A stretch of DNA of 64,000 nt. It comes from Euryarchaeota archaeon UBA487. GTDB lineage: Archaea; Thermoplasmatota; Poseidoniia; Poseidoniales; Thalassarchaeaceae. Position 1 is the stretch's first letter, and each line of letters begins with the position of its first letter. The notes beneath the pieces were generated by a model. The model saw only the letters and a list, made by a program, of their open reading frames with translations. It did no database searches and was not told the DNA's origin. Positions 19,017-30,400 of the stretch are shown here, piece by piece. The translations under genes were made by a program, and so were the position numbers. The stretch covers positions 97,107-161,106 of the forward strand of contig DAVU01000020.1 in NCBI GenBank assembly GCA_002505695.1, read 5' to 3'.

Positions 19017-19032
19017 CTCCTTTGAATCAAAC

Positions 19033-19908
19033 TTACTTCCAAGTCGGCAATAACACCGATTTCCAAGTGGGTTTCTTGGTGGGCCTGTCGTCTGTGAAAA
19101 ATGACCTAATATAAACAGAAATCGAGTCAATCACAAATACAACGATGAACACTAGTATCAGATATGCAATGACTTTGTCGTAGACCAGGAATCCAAGATA
19201 GAGGTCAATGTAATACCCTATTCCACCCGCTCCGACTATGCCTATGACTGATCCGTGACGAACGTTGTATTCGAACATGAAGATAGCCTGGGAAATCAAA
19301 TCATTCGCAGATTCTGGAATGACGATATTGATTGCTTTCTCGATTCTACCTAAGCCGGCAGCTTCAGCAGCTTCCAATGGGAGGCTATTCATACCCTCGA
19401 TTGCCTCATATTGAAGTTTTCCAAGATAACCCACGGTGTAAACAGTCATTGCAAAGATGCCGGATACTGGCCCAAAACCTATCAGAATAACGAAGAATAT
19501 TGCCCATATTATTGAAGGTAGGCTCCTCATTGATGCGAGTAGAAACCGCGTGGCGACCGAGAGTCCCGGTTTGCTTATGTTGTTTGCAGCCAACAAGGAA
19601 AGGGGCAGCGATATCACCATCCCGAAAACCGTTGATATGAAGGCGATTTTCAGAGTTTCCATCATACCAATCCATGCTGTCGAGCACGTTATTGATAGTC
19701 CTCCTGGTGCTTGACATTCAGGGTACAATCTAGGCTCAAAAATACTCCAATCCGGAGGCCATAGAGATTCGAAAAAGAAGATTCTCAGATTACCCAATCC
19801 GTTTGAAAGTCGCCCCCAGTCGTCAACGGATCCAATCATCAGGTATACTGCAAGGGAGAAACAGGAAAACAACACAAGTCCTGGATTGATACGAAGCATT
19901 GCCGTCAC
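19033..19908 (-). CDS. phnE: Phosphate/phosphonate ABC transporter permease (PhnE/PtxC family)
   Basis: RSLPSIIWAIFFV, GKLQYEAIE, FEYNVRHGSVIGIVGAGGIG. Confidence 0.9.
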   Translation of the reverse strand: MTAMLRINPGLVLFSCFSLAVYLMIGSVDDWGRLSNGLGNLRIFFFESLWPPDWSIFEPRLYPECQAPGGLSITCSTAWIGMMETLKIAFISTVFGMVISLPLSLLAANNISKPGLSVATRFLLASMRSLPSIIWAIFFVILIGFGPVSGIFAMTVYTVGYLGKLQYEAIEGMNSLPLEAAEAAGLGRIEKAINIVIPESANDLISQAIFMFEYNVRHGSVIGIVGAGGIGYYIDLYLGFLVYDKVIAYLILVFIVVFVIDSISVYIRSFFTDDRPTKKPTWKSVLLPTWK

Positions 19909-20624
19909 ATCTTGACCTCCAAAGTTTTTGTTTCTGATAAGAATGGGTTTAGTCGTCCGTCGTCCATCACAACTAGTCTGTCTGCAATACTTCTCGCACG
20001 GCTAATGTCATGCTCAATCAATACTACTGCAGCCCCTTCCTGCCGAGAATACTCAACAACTGCATTTGCGACTTTAGACATTGTTTCCTCATCCAACTCA
20101 CTCAAGAACTCATCAGCAAGGATTAATTTTGGTCTTTGAGCGAGTGTTCTAGCTGTGGCGACCCTCCTTTGTTGACCCCCGGATAAACGTTTGATGGGTT
20201 CCCAGATCTTATGCTCCAGCCCCATTATGGCAATCGCTTTTTTGGCCCATTCTTTCGCTTGTTTAGAAGCGAAGATATCAAGCGGCCCGCAGAATTTTGC
20301 ACGGGAGCCAATCAATACATTGTGGAAGACGGTTGCATGGCGAATAAGTCCCAATCGTTGTGGTATGTACCCTAACTCCCCTCTCACAGGCCTTCGAGGT
20401 GCCATGACACCACATACCTCAATATCGCCAGACAGTGGTCTGACCAAGCCGGCGATTGTCTTCACCAGTGTTGACTTGCCGATTCCTGAGGGACCCGCGA
20501 TTGCTAAAATCTCACCGTTTTTTATTTTCAATGATGGAATTTCAGCCAATGGCTTGTTTTTGTCATAGCCGATAGTGACTCCATCCAAACGGACTACCAC
20601 ATCACCAGCTCCCGTGGTTGCCAT
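19905..20624 (-). CDS. phnC: Phosphonate-type ABC transporter ATP-binding protein
   Basis: GPSGIGKST, LSGGQQRRVATAR, LADEFLSELD; overlaps phnE by 4 nt. Confidence 0.8.
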   Translation of the reverse strand: MATTGAGDVVVRLDGVTIGYDKNKPLAEIPSLKIKNGEILAIAGPSGIGKSTLVKTIAGLVRPLSGDIEVCGVMAPRRPVRGELGYIPQRLGLIRHATVFHNVLIGSRAKFCGPLDIFASKQAKEWAKKAIAIMGLEHKIWEPIKRLSGGQQRRVATARTLAQRPKLILADEFLSELDEETMSKVANAVVEYSRQEGAAVVLIEHDISRARSIADRLVVMDDGRLNPFLSETKTLEVKM

Positions 20625-20762
20625 TAATTTAGGCCCACCTAATCCTCTATTTGGATCTGGTGGGGATGGGGCCTAGTTTCATTCGTGCCAGAGTCCGGTT
20701 GACATGCATGCGTTCTGTTTCGTGAGACATAGAGTGAAGTGTGAGGGGGGACTTGCCTCATC

Positions 20763-22811
20763 ATGCGCAGAGGTCCTACGCTGGCAATCATTGCGATGTT
20801 GTTGCTCCTTGGAATAAATGGGGTTGGGGTTGAAAATCGTCCCAATCTGCAAGATGAATCGGTAGTAATGAGTCAATTTGGGGGTGGAACCTCCTTAGAA
20901 GCGCAGTGTTCGAAGAGTTCCTTTGAAGATGTTTTTACATACACATGGGCTGACTTTAACGTCACAGTTGCAGACAATTGGCGCACTGCACAGATAGAGG
21001 CATTAGCATGGATAAACGGAACCATGGCAGATGACTTTCGGGCATTTTTGGACGACCTACTTGACGGACTGATACCGAGTGGAGGGGATGGATGGCTATC
21101 ATCTGATGAGAGAGAAGCAGTTCGATCCGTGGCAGCAGATTGCGTGGAATACACAATGACAAGGGTAGGAGTCAGGGATGGGGAGCATCACCGAGGCGGT
21201 CCGGCAGTTGACTGGAGAAATGCCACATGGGTGGAAGATGGCGTTTCAATTGCTGAATGGAATATGGTCCCAGAACGGCACGAATCAGTCCGGTCATGCA
21301 GCACCTTCGGTAGCAACAATTGCTATGAGGTCCCTGTTGCGCCTAGTGAGTCCAGGGATTGCGACACTGAGGCAAATCATCTTGACGAGTGCAGAATTGA
21401 ACTAATGTTGAGTGGCACCGTGAATTTGCACAACATACAATCACTTGAGACCCTTACTCTGGCTATGAACACTTCAAACATTTCAAGAGCGACTTACACT
21501 ATTAACGCACCATATGTTGAGGGCATGCGGCTCTCAATGTTTGAAGAATGTGAGGGAAGGGATCTCCTCAACGGTGGCTCTCCAACTCCAATCAGAGGTT
21601 CTTGCATTGGTGACGGATCCTCTGTGGCTACCGCAGGGTATGACGAACAGGGGGGGATGGTTCTTACAATCATGCCAGACAGGCCAAGTTCATTCTGGCC
21701 CGCAGGAGAGGACTTATTCTTTGACTTGACAACCATCCAACCTCCAACAGATGAGAGTCCCATTTGGACCTCAACTGCGCCGGCTAATGGCACTACATGG
21801 ATTTACAGCTCTGTGGCATCGACTTTGGAGTCCACCAGAGTTTTAGTCGCGGAATGGAACGAAATCGCGGGTTGGTTCTCTGACGAAGATGCGGTGTCAT
21901 CCCTAGATTTGATTTGCCTGGAGGAGGGGTCCAACACCAATCTTGTGACAGATTCCAGGGCGATTGTGGTATCAATGGGGTTTGACTACGATTACAACGT
22001 TATTTCGTGCTCAGCGGAAGATGAATCCGGCCAATCTACATCTACTCGCGATTTTCACATCAAGAAGGGATTCTCGGTGAACACCCAGTCTAATTCCCTT
22101 GATATTCTAGATGACCTGAGATTAATCTTGAATGAGATAGACACAGTAAACCCATCAGACGGAGAGTTCCTCCAGGTGAGTCTTTCCATAGGCATAGAGT
22201 GGTCTGGCAGTGGTCCGGTATTCTACGACGAGACTATCGTATTGAACTCCTCAGACTCTGTCACAGAATTGATGTTTACCGGGGATGCCAGAATAGCAAA
22301 CCCCGGCCCCCTCAGTGTCTGGTTCAAATATTCAGGAGAGGGGGTTTATGAGCGCTCAGAGAGGAGTGAAATCCTCCTTCAAAAGATTGGTTCCCCTCCA
22401 ATTTTGTCAATCCTTGAGACTAAATGGACCGGGACGGAATGGGAGATGAATGGAATGTTCAGCGATCCGGATGGAGAATATGTGACATTTACAATGTACA
22501 TTGACGGCGCAAATATTGGAACCGTTCAATCATTTGGTAACACATGGTCGGTTGGACCCATAGACTTCAGATTGTTTGACGTCGGCCCCCATACAGTTTC
22601 CGTTCGTGGATGCGATACATCAGGAATGTGCGCAATTGCTGAAAGTAGCCTTAATTCCACCTCAGCATTGACATCTGTTGGTCCAGAAGAGATGCCCAAG
22701 AAAGGAGATGATGACGGCGTGGGGTTTGTTCCCTTCCCAATTTATTCCTCCTCGATAGGTATTCTTGCTGCTGCATTCATGTATGGAAGGGGTCACCGAG
22801 GGGCACCATGA
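20763..22811 (+). CDS. Secreted Cys-rich surface protein with C-terminal sorting-like anchor
   Basis: Signal peptide MRRGPTLAIIAMLLLLG, many Cys, DPDGE Ig-like module, C-terminal VPFP + TM + basic tail. Confidence 0.75.
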   Translation: MRRGPTLAIIAMLLLLGINGVGVENRPNLQDESVVMSQFGGGTSLEAQCSKSSFEDVFTYTWADFNVTVADNWRTAQIEALAWINGTMADDFRAFLDDLLDGLIPSGGDGWLSSDEREAVRSVAADCVEYTMTRVGVRDGEHHRGGPAVDWRNATWVEDGVSIAEWNMVPERHESVRSCSTFGSNNCYEVPVAPSESRDCDTEANHLDECRIELMLSGTVNLHNIQSLETLTLAMNTSNISRATYTINAPYVEGMRLSMFEECEGRDLLNGGSPTPIRGSCIGDGSSVATAGYDEQGGMVLTIMPDRPSSFWPAGEDLFFDLTTIQPPTDESPIWTSTAPANGTTWIYSSVASTLESTRVLVAEWNEIAGWFSDEDAVSSLDLICLEEGSNTNLVTDSRAIVVSMGFDYDYNVISCSAEDESGQSTSTRDFHIKKGFSVNTQSNSLDILDDLRLILNEIDTVNPSDGEFLQVSLSIGIEWSGSGPVFYDETIVLNSSDSVTELMFTGDARIANPGPLSVWFKYSGEGVYERSERSEILLQKIGSPPILSILETKWTGTEWEMNGMFSDPDGEYVTFTMYIDGANIGTVQSFGNTWSVGPIDFRLFDVGPHTVSVRGCDTSGMCAIAESSLNSTSALTSVGPEEMPKKGDDDGVGFVPFPIYSSSIGILAAAFMYGRGHRGAP

Positions 22812-23425
22812 CCGTCAGAGGCCGCATAGTTTCAATGTCCCATCTCGGTGGCCTGTTGGTCGATTTTGAGGGAGTGCCTCCAGGTTTGGGTTGGACGGTG
22901 CAAATCGAGGGGGGCCAGAATATTGGACGTGTTGATTCTGTGATCGGGAGCGTCAATTCCGGATTGATTCACGTCGTTCTATCGAAAAGGATAGACCCTG
23001 CTTCAGCGACGGGTGCGCCTGTAGAGATCTTTAGATCCTCAAATAGAAAAGGCCAATTTGGGAATCAGGGCAAGGGTGGCTCCAGAAATCGCAATTCCAA
23101 GGTGGCAAGAAAAACTAGTCAGAGAAAAAATGGAACAACGAATAGGGTCCTCCCAACATGGGTTTGCAACAAATGCAGGACCTTGAACTCCAGAACAGGG
23201 AGATGTACGAATTGTAACGAGAGGCGGTCGGAAACCAATAAACCAAACCAGAACCGTGGTTCCGATAGAGGAAGGAAAGGCAGACAATCTGGATACAAGA
23301 AGGATGGCAGGAGATCTAATCCCAGACATAACAGGCGCTCACCAGGGGGAAAGAAAACACAAAGGAGCTCATACAATCAGCCAGATAGGGGAAGGAAGAG
23401 AACTCGCAGGAAACCTCAGAGATAG
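22808..23425 (+). CDS. gar1: Gar1/Naf1-like H/ACA RNP protein fused to a RanBP2-type zinc finger and R/G/N-rich basic tail
   Basis: The N-terminal ~75 aa resemble the archaeal Gar1 barrel (GRIVSMSHLGGLLV...PPGLG..V...GQNIGRVDSVIGSVNSGLIHV). W-x-C-x2-C-x3-N-x5-C-x2-C finger. Confidence 0.6.
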   Translation: MTVRGRIVSMSHLGGLLVDFEGVPPGLGWTVQIEGGQNIGRVDSVIGSVNSGLIHVVLSKRIDPASATGAPVEIFRSSNRKGQFGNQGKGGSRNRNSKVARKTSQRKNGTTNRVLPTWVCNKCRTLNSRTGRCTNCNERRSETNKPNQNRGSDRGRKGRQSGYKKDGRRSNPRHNRRSPGGKKTQRSSYNQPDRGRKRTRRKPQR

Positions 23426-23460
23426 GAGCATTCATTGTATGTGCTTGTCTCCGCGGGACG

Positions 23461-24444
23461 ATGGCTGACACAGAGCATAACTCGGAATGGATTTCCGAAG
23501 TCAGGAACAATGAGTCTCGAGAGGATTCTCTCCGGATAATTGAAAACGCACTTGAAAAAGACTCTGATAACGCTCTACTCTGGGTCGAGGCGGCAGACCT
23601 CAATTTACCCCCCAGAAGCCGTGGTAAGCCGATTGATCCAACTCTCTCTCAGTCCGCGAATGCCCTGAGATGTCTCAGATCGGCGGTTGAATGCGATCCT
23701 TCCATGGATGAGGCATGGGCATTAGGGGGCCTGATACTTGTTGATCACCTTGGAATGTTGGAAGACGCCCTAGAATGGTGGTCGAATTACAGGGACGTGA
23801 ATCCAGAATCACCGGTTCCGCTTATTGAGCAAGCCTCAATTTTAGCCAGATACGGCGATTACGATAAGGCATCGCAAGTTTCCGATCAGATATTATTGCT
23901 TGAAGGGGCATCACTGTCCACTTCACAAAGGAGGAGGTTGGAGGACATCCGAAGAAGTTTGCATGATGCAATGAAGAAAAAGAAGGGTCAAATTTTCAGA
24001 CCACAGGACCCTAACGATCAAAGGTGGGGGAAGATAAGTAAATTTCGAAATCAGAAACCCGTCACTCAAACGTATTTTCTGTTTTTCATTATCGCGCCAT
24101 TCGTCTTCATGATAGGTTTCGTCTCCTCTGCATCCCTCTCGTCCTATGGTGCAGGTGGACAGGTTGCCACATTCATGACTATACTCATCGCATTCTATAC
24201 ACTGACTCGTGCCTCAGAACCACTCTTCAGATGGATGAACCGAAATGCAACCGATCTTGATCGGGCTCTTGACATTGAGATGGCATCAGGCAAGACTTGC
24301 ATTCCTGAGGATATTAGGAGCGGTAGGCTCCACAAGAAGATGTTGACCTATCGTCCACCCGCATGGCTTGAGCGACACGAGAAAATCGTTGCCGGAGGAC
24401 AACGGATTTCCCGTAAGTGGTCAACAGAGTTCAAACCTAATTGA
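23461..24444 (+). CDS. TPR-repeat membrane protein
   Basis: TPR-like helical repeats (ALEKDSDNALLW; AVECDPSMDEAW; NPESPVPLIEQA) followed by two TMs. Confidence 0.75.
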   Translation: MADTEHNSEWISEVRNNESREDSLRIIENALEKDSDNALLWVEAADLNLPPRSRGKPIDPTLSQSANALRCLRSAVECDPSMDEAWALGGLILVDHLGMLEDALEWWSNYRDVNPESPVPLIEQASILARYGDYDKASQVSDQILLLEGASLSTSQRRRLEDIRRSLHDAMKKKKGQIFRPQDPNDQRWGKISKFRNQKPVTQTYFLFFIIAPFVFMIGFVSSASLSSYGAGGQVATFMTILIAFYTLTRASEPLFRWMNRNATDLDRALDIEMASGKTCIPEDIRSGRLHKKMLTYRPPAWLERHEKIVAGGQRISRKWSTEFKPN

Positions 24445-24449
24445 AGTCT

Positions 24450-27400
24450 TCACTTCTTGTTAAGATTCGCGTAGTAGTCCTGTGCATATTGCCTTGCATA
24501 GTCTTCAGGATACCCCTGGCCTACCATCTGCTGTACGTATGCCTCCACTGGATCCAGATCCTGGACTCCTTGGAAGGATCGTATCTCGTCACTAACTGTG
24601 GTTCTCGTCCTACCCCTCATGGCTAGTGTTACCCCTGCGATCGCGAGAACCAGAAGTAAACCCCCGACTACTGGGATAACAAGGCCGATACCTTGAGCGC
24701 CTGAATCGCAACCTGCAGCTGAGGGATCTCTGACGCACGGATCGCTGCTACGCTTGAGGAGGTATATGTCCTCACTCGTACTTATTGTGTACCTTTGTCC
24801 ATCTCCTTCGATTACCCGAATATGCACCGTAGAGAGTACCCCCTCACTCTCTGAGTACAGGTCGGAGATATCGAGGGTTATCGAGAAGGTAGAGCCATCT
24901 CCCAGCAAACCTGTTTCGTTGTACTTGCCAATTTGCTTCTGAGTAGCCTTTGGAGTTGGCGACAGATCAAGGATCATAGGATCTGCTAAGGCAACTTGTA
25001 TCCTGACATCGGAATTCTCCGCTCCAGAGGCGACAGTTCCGCTGATTGTGACTCGATCTGCTGTCTGGGAGTCATTCGGCTTGGGGGAACTGAAGGTCAC
25101 GACCGGAGGTTCGTCTCCGAAATCCTCTCCGACCACTACGAAGTACATCCTTGCTTTTGAGGAGGACTTCCCTGCTTTGTCGTACACAATTAATTCAAGC
25201 CTTATCTGATTCTCGAGCGTACCATCGCTGGTGACGTTCCTAAAGGTGTAGCTAAAGGAGTCCCCGCCGGCAGTCGCGGGTATGTCGAAAACATGGCCAT
25301 CTAGGCTGGGTTGGGATGTGACTGGATAGTCGAAATAGACCCTCCACGAGTACAACTGTATGCCGCTTTCTCCCTCCGGAGCGTCGGCATCGTTGCTTTC
25401 CGCCCCTGAGAATGACAGGGTTATGTCGCCAGTTGGGGTTAGTCTAACCCTGTGCACATCCCAATCTGTGCCAGCTACGGTCTTGGTTCCGTCGTCTTCA
25501 ACATACTCATCGGTCAACGAGTCCTCGACGAGTTTCATAGATGCAGTTGGATCAGACTCATCGGCGAGAGTATCGTTTGTAATGAGGCGTACATAGGTCA
25601 TTCTAGTGTGGCCTTCAGCATCGTGTAGGTACAGCGTCAAAAGCCATTCAGCACCGATGAAGCAACCAGTTGAGGACAGCGTGCTCTCTACGCAGAATGA
25701 TCCCAATGTGGGTATCTCCGCGGAGGACTGTGAGACGTGTGAAAATTCGCCTGGATCCACTATTTCACTGTTCCAACCAGTCACGGCGTCTTCGCCACCA
25801 GGCTCTAAGGTCCAGTCTGCGATCAAATCACTCGCATCCGAGACATAACTGAACTGTAGTTCTGAATTGGATTTGATGTAGACCGTGTTGTAGGCCTTGG
25901 TGACCGTATTGATCGAAGGAGAGACTCCGTTTATTGTCAGGTCAAATGTGTCGCCTGCAATTCCGAAGTCAAATGGATATGGGGTCACAGAGTAGCCAAG
26001 CATGTTCGATAGCAAGGGCATGGTCTGGCCTCCGTAAGGCTCGGAAAAGCTGGGGTTCTCGACATCCATTGTCGTGACTATCATTCCACCATTGCCTCTG
26101 TTGCAGAGGCTCAATAGGGACTGTGAGCCGTATTCTACGCTACCTAGCAGGCTGTGGAAGGTGCCCAATGGATCGGATATCCTGCCACCACAAGCAGCGG
26201 GAACTTGATTAGGGAGGACCTGTGAAATGTCTAGGCCCGACATAGCAACATATTGTCCACCGTGGACCCCTTGCAACGCAGTCAGGTCGACTCCACCGAG
26301 GAGTGGGTGATATCTGTCGATCACTCGAACATCATCATAGTCGAATCTAATTGATGAGTTGGCTGGATTCCTCTCTTGAATGTCCATCCCAAATGGCAGA
26401 TTATCAGGCACGTAATCGTTCCTGTATGGGCCTAAGTGGACTTGGAGTGTGCCACCGTTGACCATGAAATTATCTAGAACGTCTATCACTGAGAGTCCAC
26501 TGGCTCTTACCTCGCTAAGCTTTTGGTAATAATCTCCGTATGCGGCATTGTAATCCGTCTGCCACGGGAGTAGTACCTTGTGGTAGACTCCTGTCCAATC
26601 CTCGGTGACATAGTCTTCCCACTCACTGGTTCGGAACTGAGTGTAGGTCATCCCCATTGCTTCCAAGTCAGATTTAACTCTCTGGAGGCGGTTTTGGTCG
26701 GTTGGATTGGAAAGTATTGCTACATCAATATCGTCCATGAAGGTGATGTCAAAGTATCTCTTGTTTCCATTTTCTGAGTCATCCGAGACTAACTTCGCAT
26801 CCCAGCTCAGATTGTATGCCCTTCCTGACTCCCAAGAATTGAACATTCCAGTCGAACCTACCTGTGCATTGCTTCCGAGTGTCCAATTCGCGAAGGCTCG
26901 CTGATGAGGAACCAAATCGAATGGCCCGTTGTCCGAAGTTGCTTGCCAGACCATTTGGCCAGTGGTTGTGTCGACGATTGACATGGTCACCTCGTAAACA
27001 CCCTCAATCACACCATTGAGTATCGGCAAAGAGAATGTGTGTGCTGATGTCGGACTGATCGGATAAACGCACTCATAGGTCACATCTCCAACGCAGTCCA
27101 GAACATTGGGCTGCAGGAGGGTGATTTCTGCGCTGTCTATGCTGAACTGGACCTTGGAGAAATTGTTGCTTGGATTAACCTCCTCTGCATTGTACCATTT
27201 CTGTGTTGGATCGTTGTTGTCGAAAATCGTTCGTACGTCGATTCTGTACAACCCAGAGTCAAAGTCGTGAGTTCCGAGGTTCACGACTTGACTCTCTTGG
27301 GAGTCGAGGCCATTGACCTCCACGCTGTAGTTACCGTCATCTTCGAATGTGAATTCCTCAAATCGAATATTGTCGATTGCAAAGCCGGCCAAACCTGCGT

Positions 27401-30400
27401 TTCCATTTATCCCATCTCCGTTCGAGATAAATCTCCATGTGAGTGTGACTTCCGAACCTTCTAGCGAAGTACATTCATCCCTCCACTGGAATGCTTCATC
27501 GGATGTCCTGTTCTCTAGGATGATGTGCGTGAGATCCAGCACGACCGACTTCACGATTTGCTCCGAGTCAAACCAAGTGTAGTATCCCCGATCTCCGAAG
27601 TCTCCAAAGTACTCAGCTTCATCATAATTACCGTCGTTGTCGAAGTCTTCACAGGCATGGAACTGGGGGTCTTCAGGGTTCGTCCGCTGGATGCCATTTT
27701 CGTTGAGATCTACCCATGATCCTTGGACAAGCCCGTTGTATGATTGGCCTTGTTTCGTCCATTCTATGAACAATGCGGCTTGGTCCCTGACTGTCTGAAT
27801 ATTGCCAAATTGATCTACAAGGTAGTCTCCCTCTGCGTAGTAGTCCCAGGATACGTAGGAATAGTCAGAATCTGTTTGGCCGACTCCTACTGGCCCTACA
27901 GACATTGGTTCGTTCCAATCGTCGCCGTAACCCACATCCGGATCACCTAGCCAATATGCGTAGTTCTTGAAAACGCCTTGATTTTGGGGTAAGACTTGGT
28001 TCGAAGTTGTGGAATCATCCAGTCTTGATCCGTTTTCGTTACCATCATCGGACCAGATTGGATTGATTCCCGAGAAGTCCTCAATTGCCGTAAGATCGGG
28101 TAATGCGTTGAATATTTCTGCTTCGGTAGTCCAATTTGTAATGGTGTTTCCAAAGTTCTGAACCATGATTTCGATAGGGTACTCAGCAGATGCGTAGCGG
28201 ACGCCTGGTTCGAAGTCGACGAAAGGATCTGCCGCCAAACCAGGGTCATAGAGATTCTTGACAGTGGTCTGGAATTTCAAAGCATCATTGATGGGATCCT
28301 GATCTACGAATCCGTTGAAATTGGTCAAGCCAGCGCTAATGTAGTAGGTCGTGTTATCTAAGAAGTCTGCAGACAGAGTGATTTCCCTCTCTTCACCTGC
28401 TGCAAGAGGCTGGAAGCTCACTTGTTGCGAGATTGATTGTTCTTGGCCAAATATCGTGTTCCTCTTTATGATAGAAATGTTGTCGAATGCGAAACCATCA
28501 AGCCCGGTGTCATACGAGGTGTCCGTTGTCCCCACAGAGCCGTAAAGGCCGCTCCTGAATCTGAACCTAAGGTCAATCACCTCCCCAGCATAGGGAGTTA
28601 GATCAATGGCTTCTACTGTGTTGACGTCCTCATCCTCGTCACCGCCCTCTGTGTAGTTGGTCCATTCCGTGACATATTGCGGATATATGGCGAAGTTCTT
28701 TATTTCCAACTCTGGATCTTGATTCAGTTGAAGGATGTTGAAGTATCGGTCTAAATCATATCCGCCCTGGAACCAGACACTCTCCCATCCCCGCCCTTCA
28801 GAGAAGGCCTCGATGCCGCACGAATCCTCATACAGCCATCTCTCCTGCACAACATACGGCTCTGAAAGGAAGAGGTTCGTGAATGCCACGCTGCACAATA
28901 TTGAGACGTCAAGGAAGGCCGCATCGGCCCCAGTTAGATCAACGTCCTCCAGGATGAAGGCCTCATCCATGTTGTTGAAGTAGCCTGAGTTGTTCTCAGC
29001 AGTACCATTGTAGTCGAGTCCTGCCCACATGTAGGTTGTTGGATTGTGGTCAGCCTCGTAGGTGGATACGTTTTCAGTCGATGCAGTTGAACCCGTCTCA
29101 GCGTGCCAAGATGTCCCGGGGGCGAAGTCAGACGTGTATGACGCCCCTGTCCAAGTACAACCGGCGCAGTTTGTTGTGTCTTCATTTCCATCGAAATCGT
29201 TGGAATACACCAATGTGTCCACTCCGCCAACAACTTCTTTCACCGCGAGGTCGAGATCCACTGATCCACTAACCGGGTTGAGGCCCGTGTTCATCAGAGT
29301 GACATTGACGAATCTCGTACCTTCGCCAAGTTGTGCATTTCCAGTGGCGGGGTCTGTAGAAGCGGGTGCGATTGTCAATCCATCAATTGCGACATCTTGG
29401 TTATCAAGGGTAAGGACAGACAGGAAATCTCCTGCTCCGGGCCACCCAAGGCTGTCCATCCACATGGCTCCGCTCCCGAATCGGTAGGAGTAGTCTCTCT
29501 GCCCAATTATGATCTCCTGGGCGGTTGTGTCATCTCCTTTGAGTTGTGCTGGAGCGGCAACCGTGGGCCTTCTACCTACGTCGAAAGAAATCGGAGAGAG
29601 GTATCCAGTCCCCTGGCCATTGGAAAGGATGATCTCCACGCTGTTCAGTTCTCTGAGGTTCTCAACGGTCGTGTATGTTTGGTTCCTCGAGGATGAGTCC
29701 TGTAGCCGAGTTAGTGTCAGTTCCGTCGGTATGAAGAAATCCATGTTTCCATCGCCATTGACGTCTGAGATCGTGATCGAGGCGCCCTTGTAGTTTCCTA
29801 AGTTGATGTAATTCCTGGTGTCCCAATTTGATCCAACTGAGGATCGCGTCGCATAGCTTATTCTCCCTTCTATTCCGTCAACTGCAGCGACCATGTCGAC
29901 GATTCCGTCGCCGTCTGTGTCCTCCACATCGATCTCAAGCTCATATCCATGCTCAGCATCCAGGGTAAAATCGTGGATAGAAGCGGCTGCAGATCCTCCA
30001 ACGTTCGGGTCAGCATACAAGCCGGTGACGCAATCGAATTCTATTACGGTCATGTTGTCGTAGTTGCCCACGGAGTAACCGGCTCCGGGGTTGAACCTCG
30101 GAGTCCTCAAGACCCATAAATCGAGGTCTTCGCATTCACCGGGGAGAGTTTGTCCTGTGAAGGGGTCTTCTGCCAGATCCTCCCCCCATTGACCCAACTC
30201 AATGTAGCTGTAATGGCCATAAGTCGGAGCGGGGATGAGGATCGTTTGATCTGCTTGCGGGCCTGGATCTGGGCCCTTGAATACTTCTAGGTAAGTCTGG
30301 CCACCGTCTGGGGTCAGGGTTGCAAGAACGATGTCATCATCACCATCATCGTCTATGTCACCAATATCCATGCCTTGGCTAAATGGGTGAGAAGGGATTT

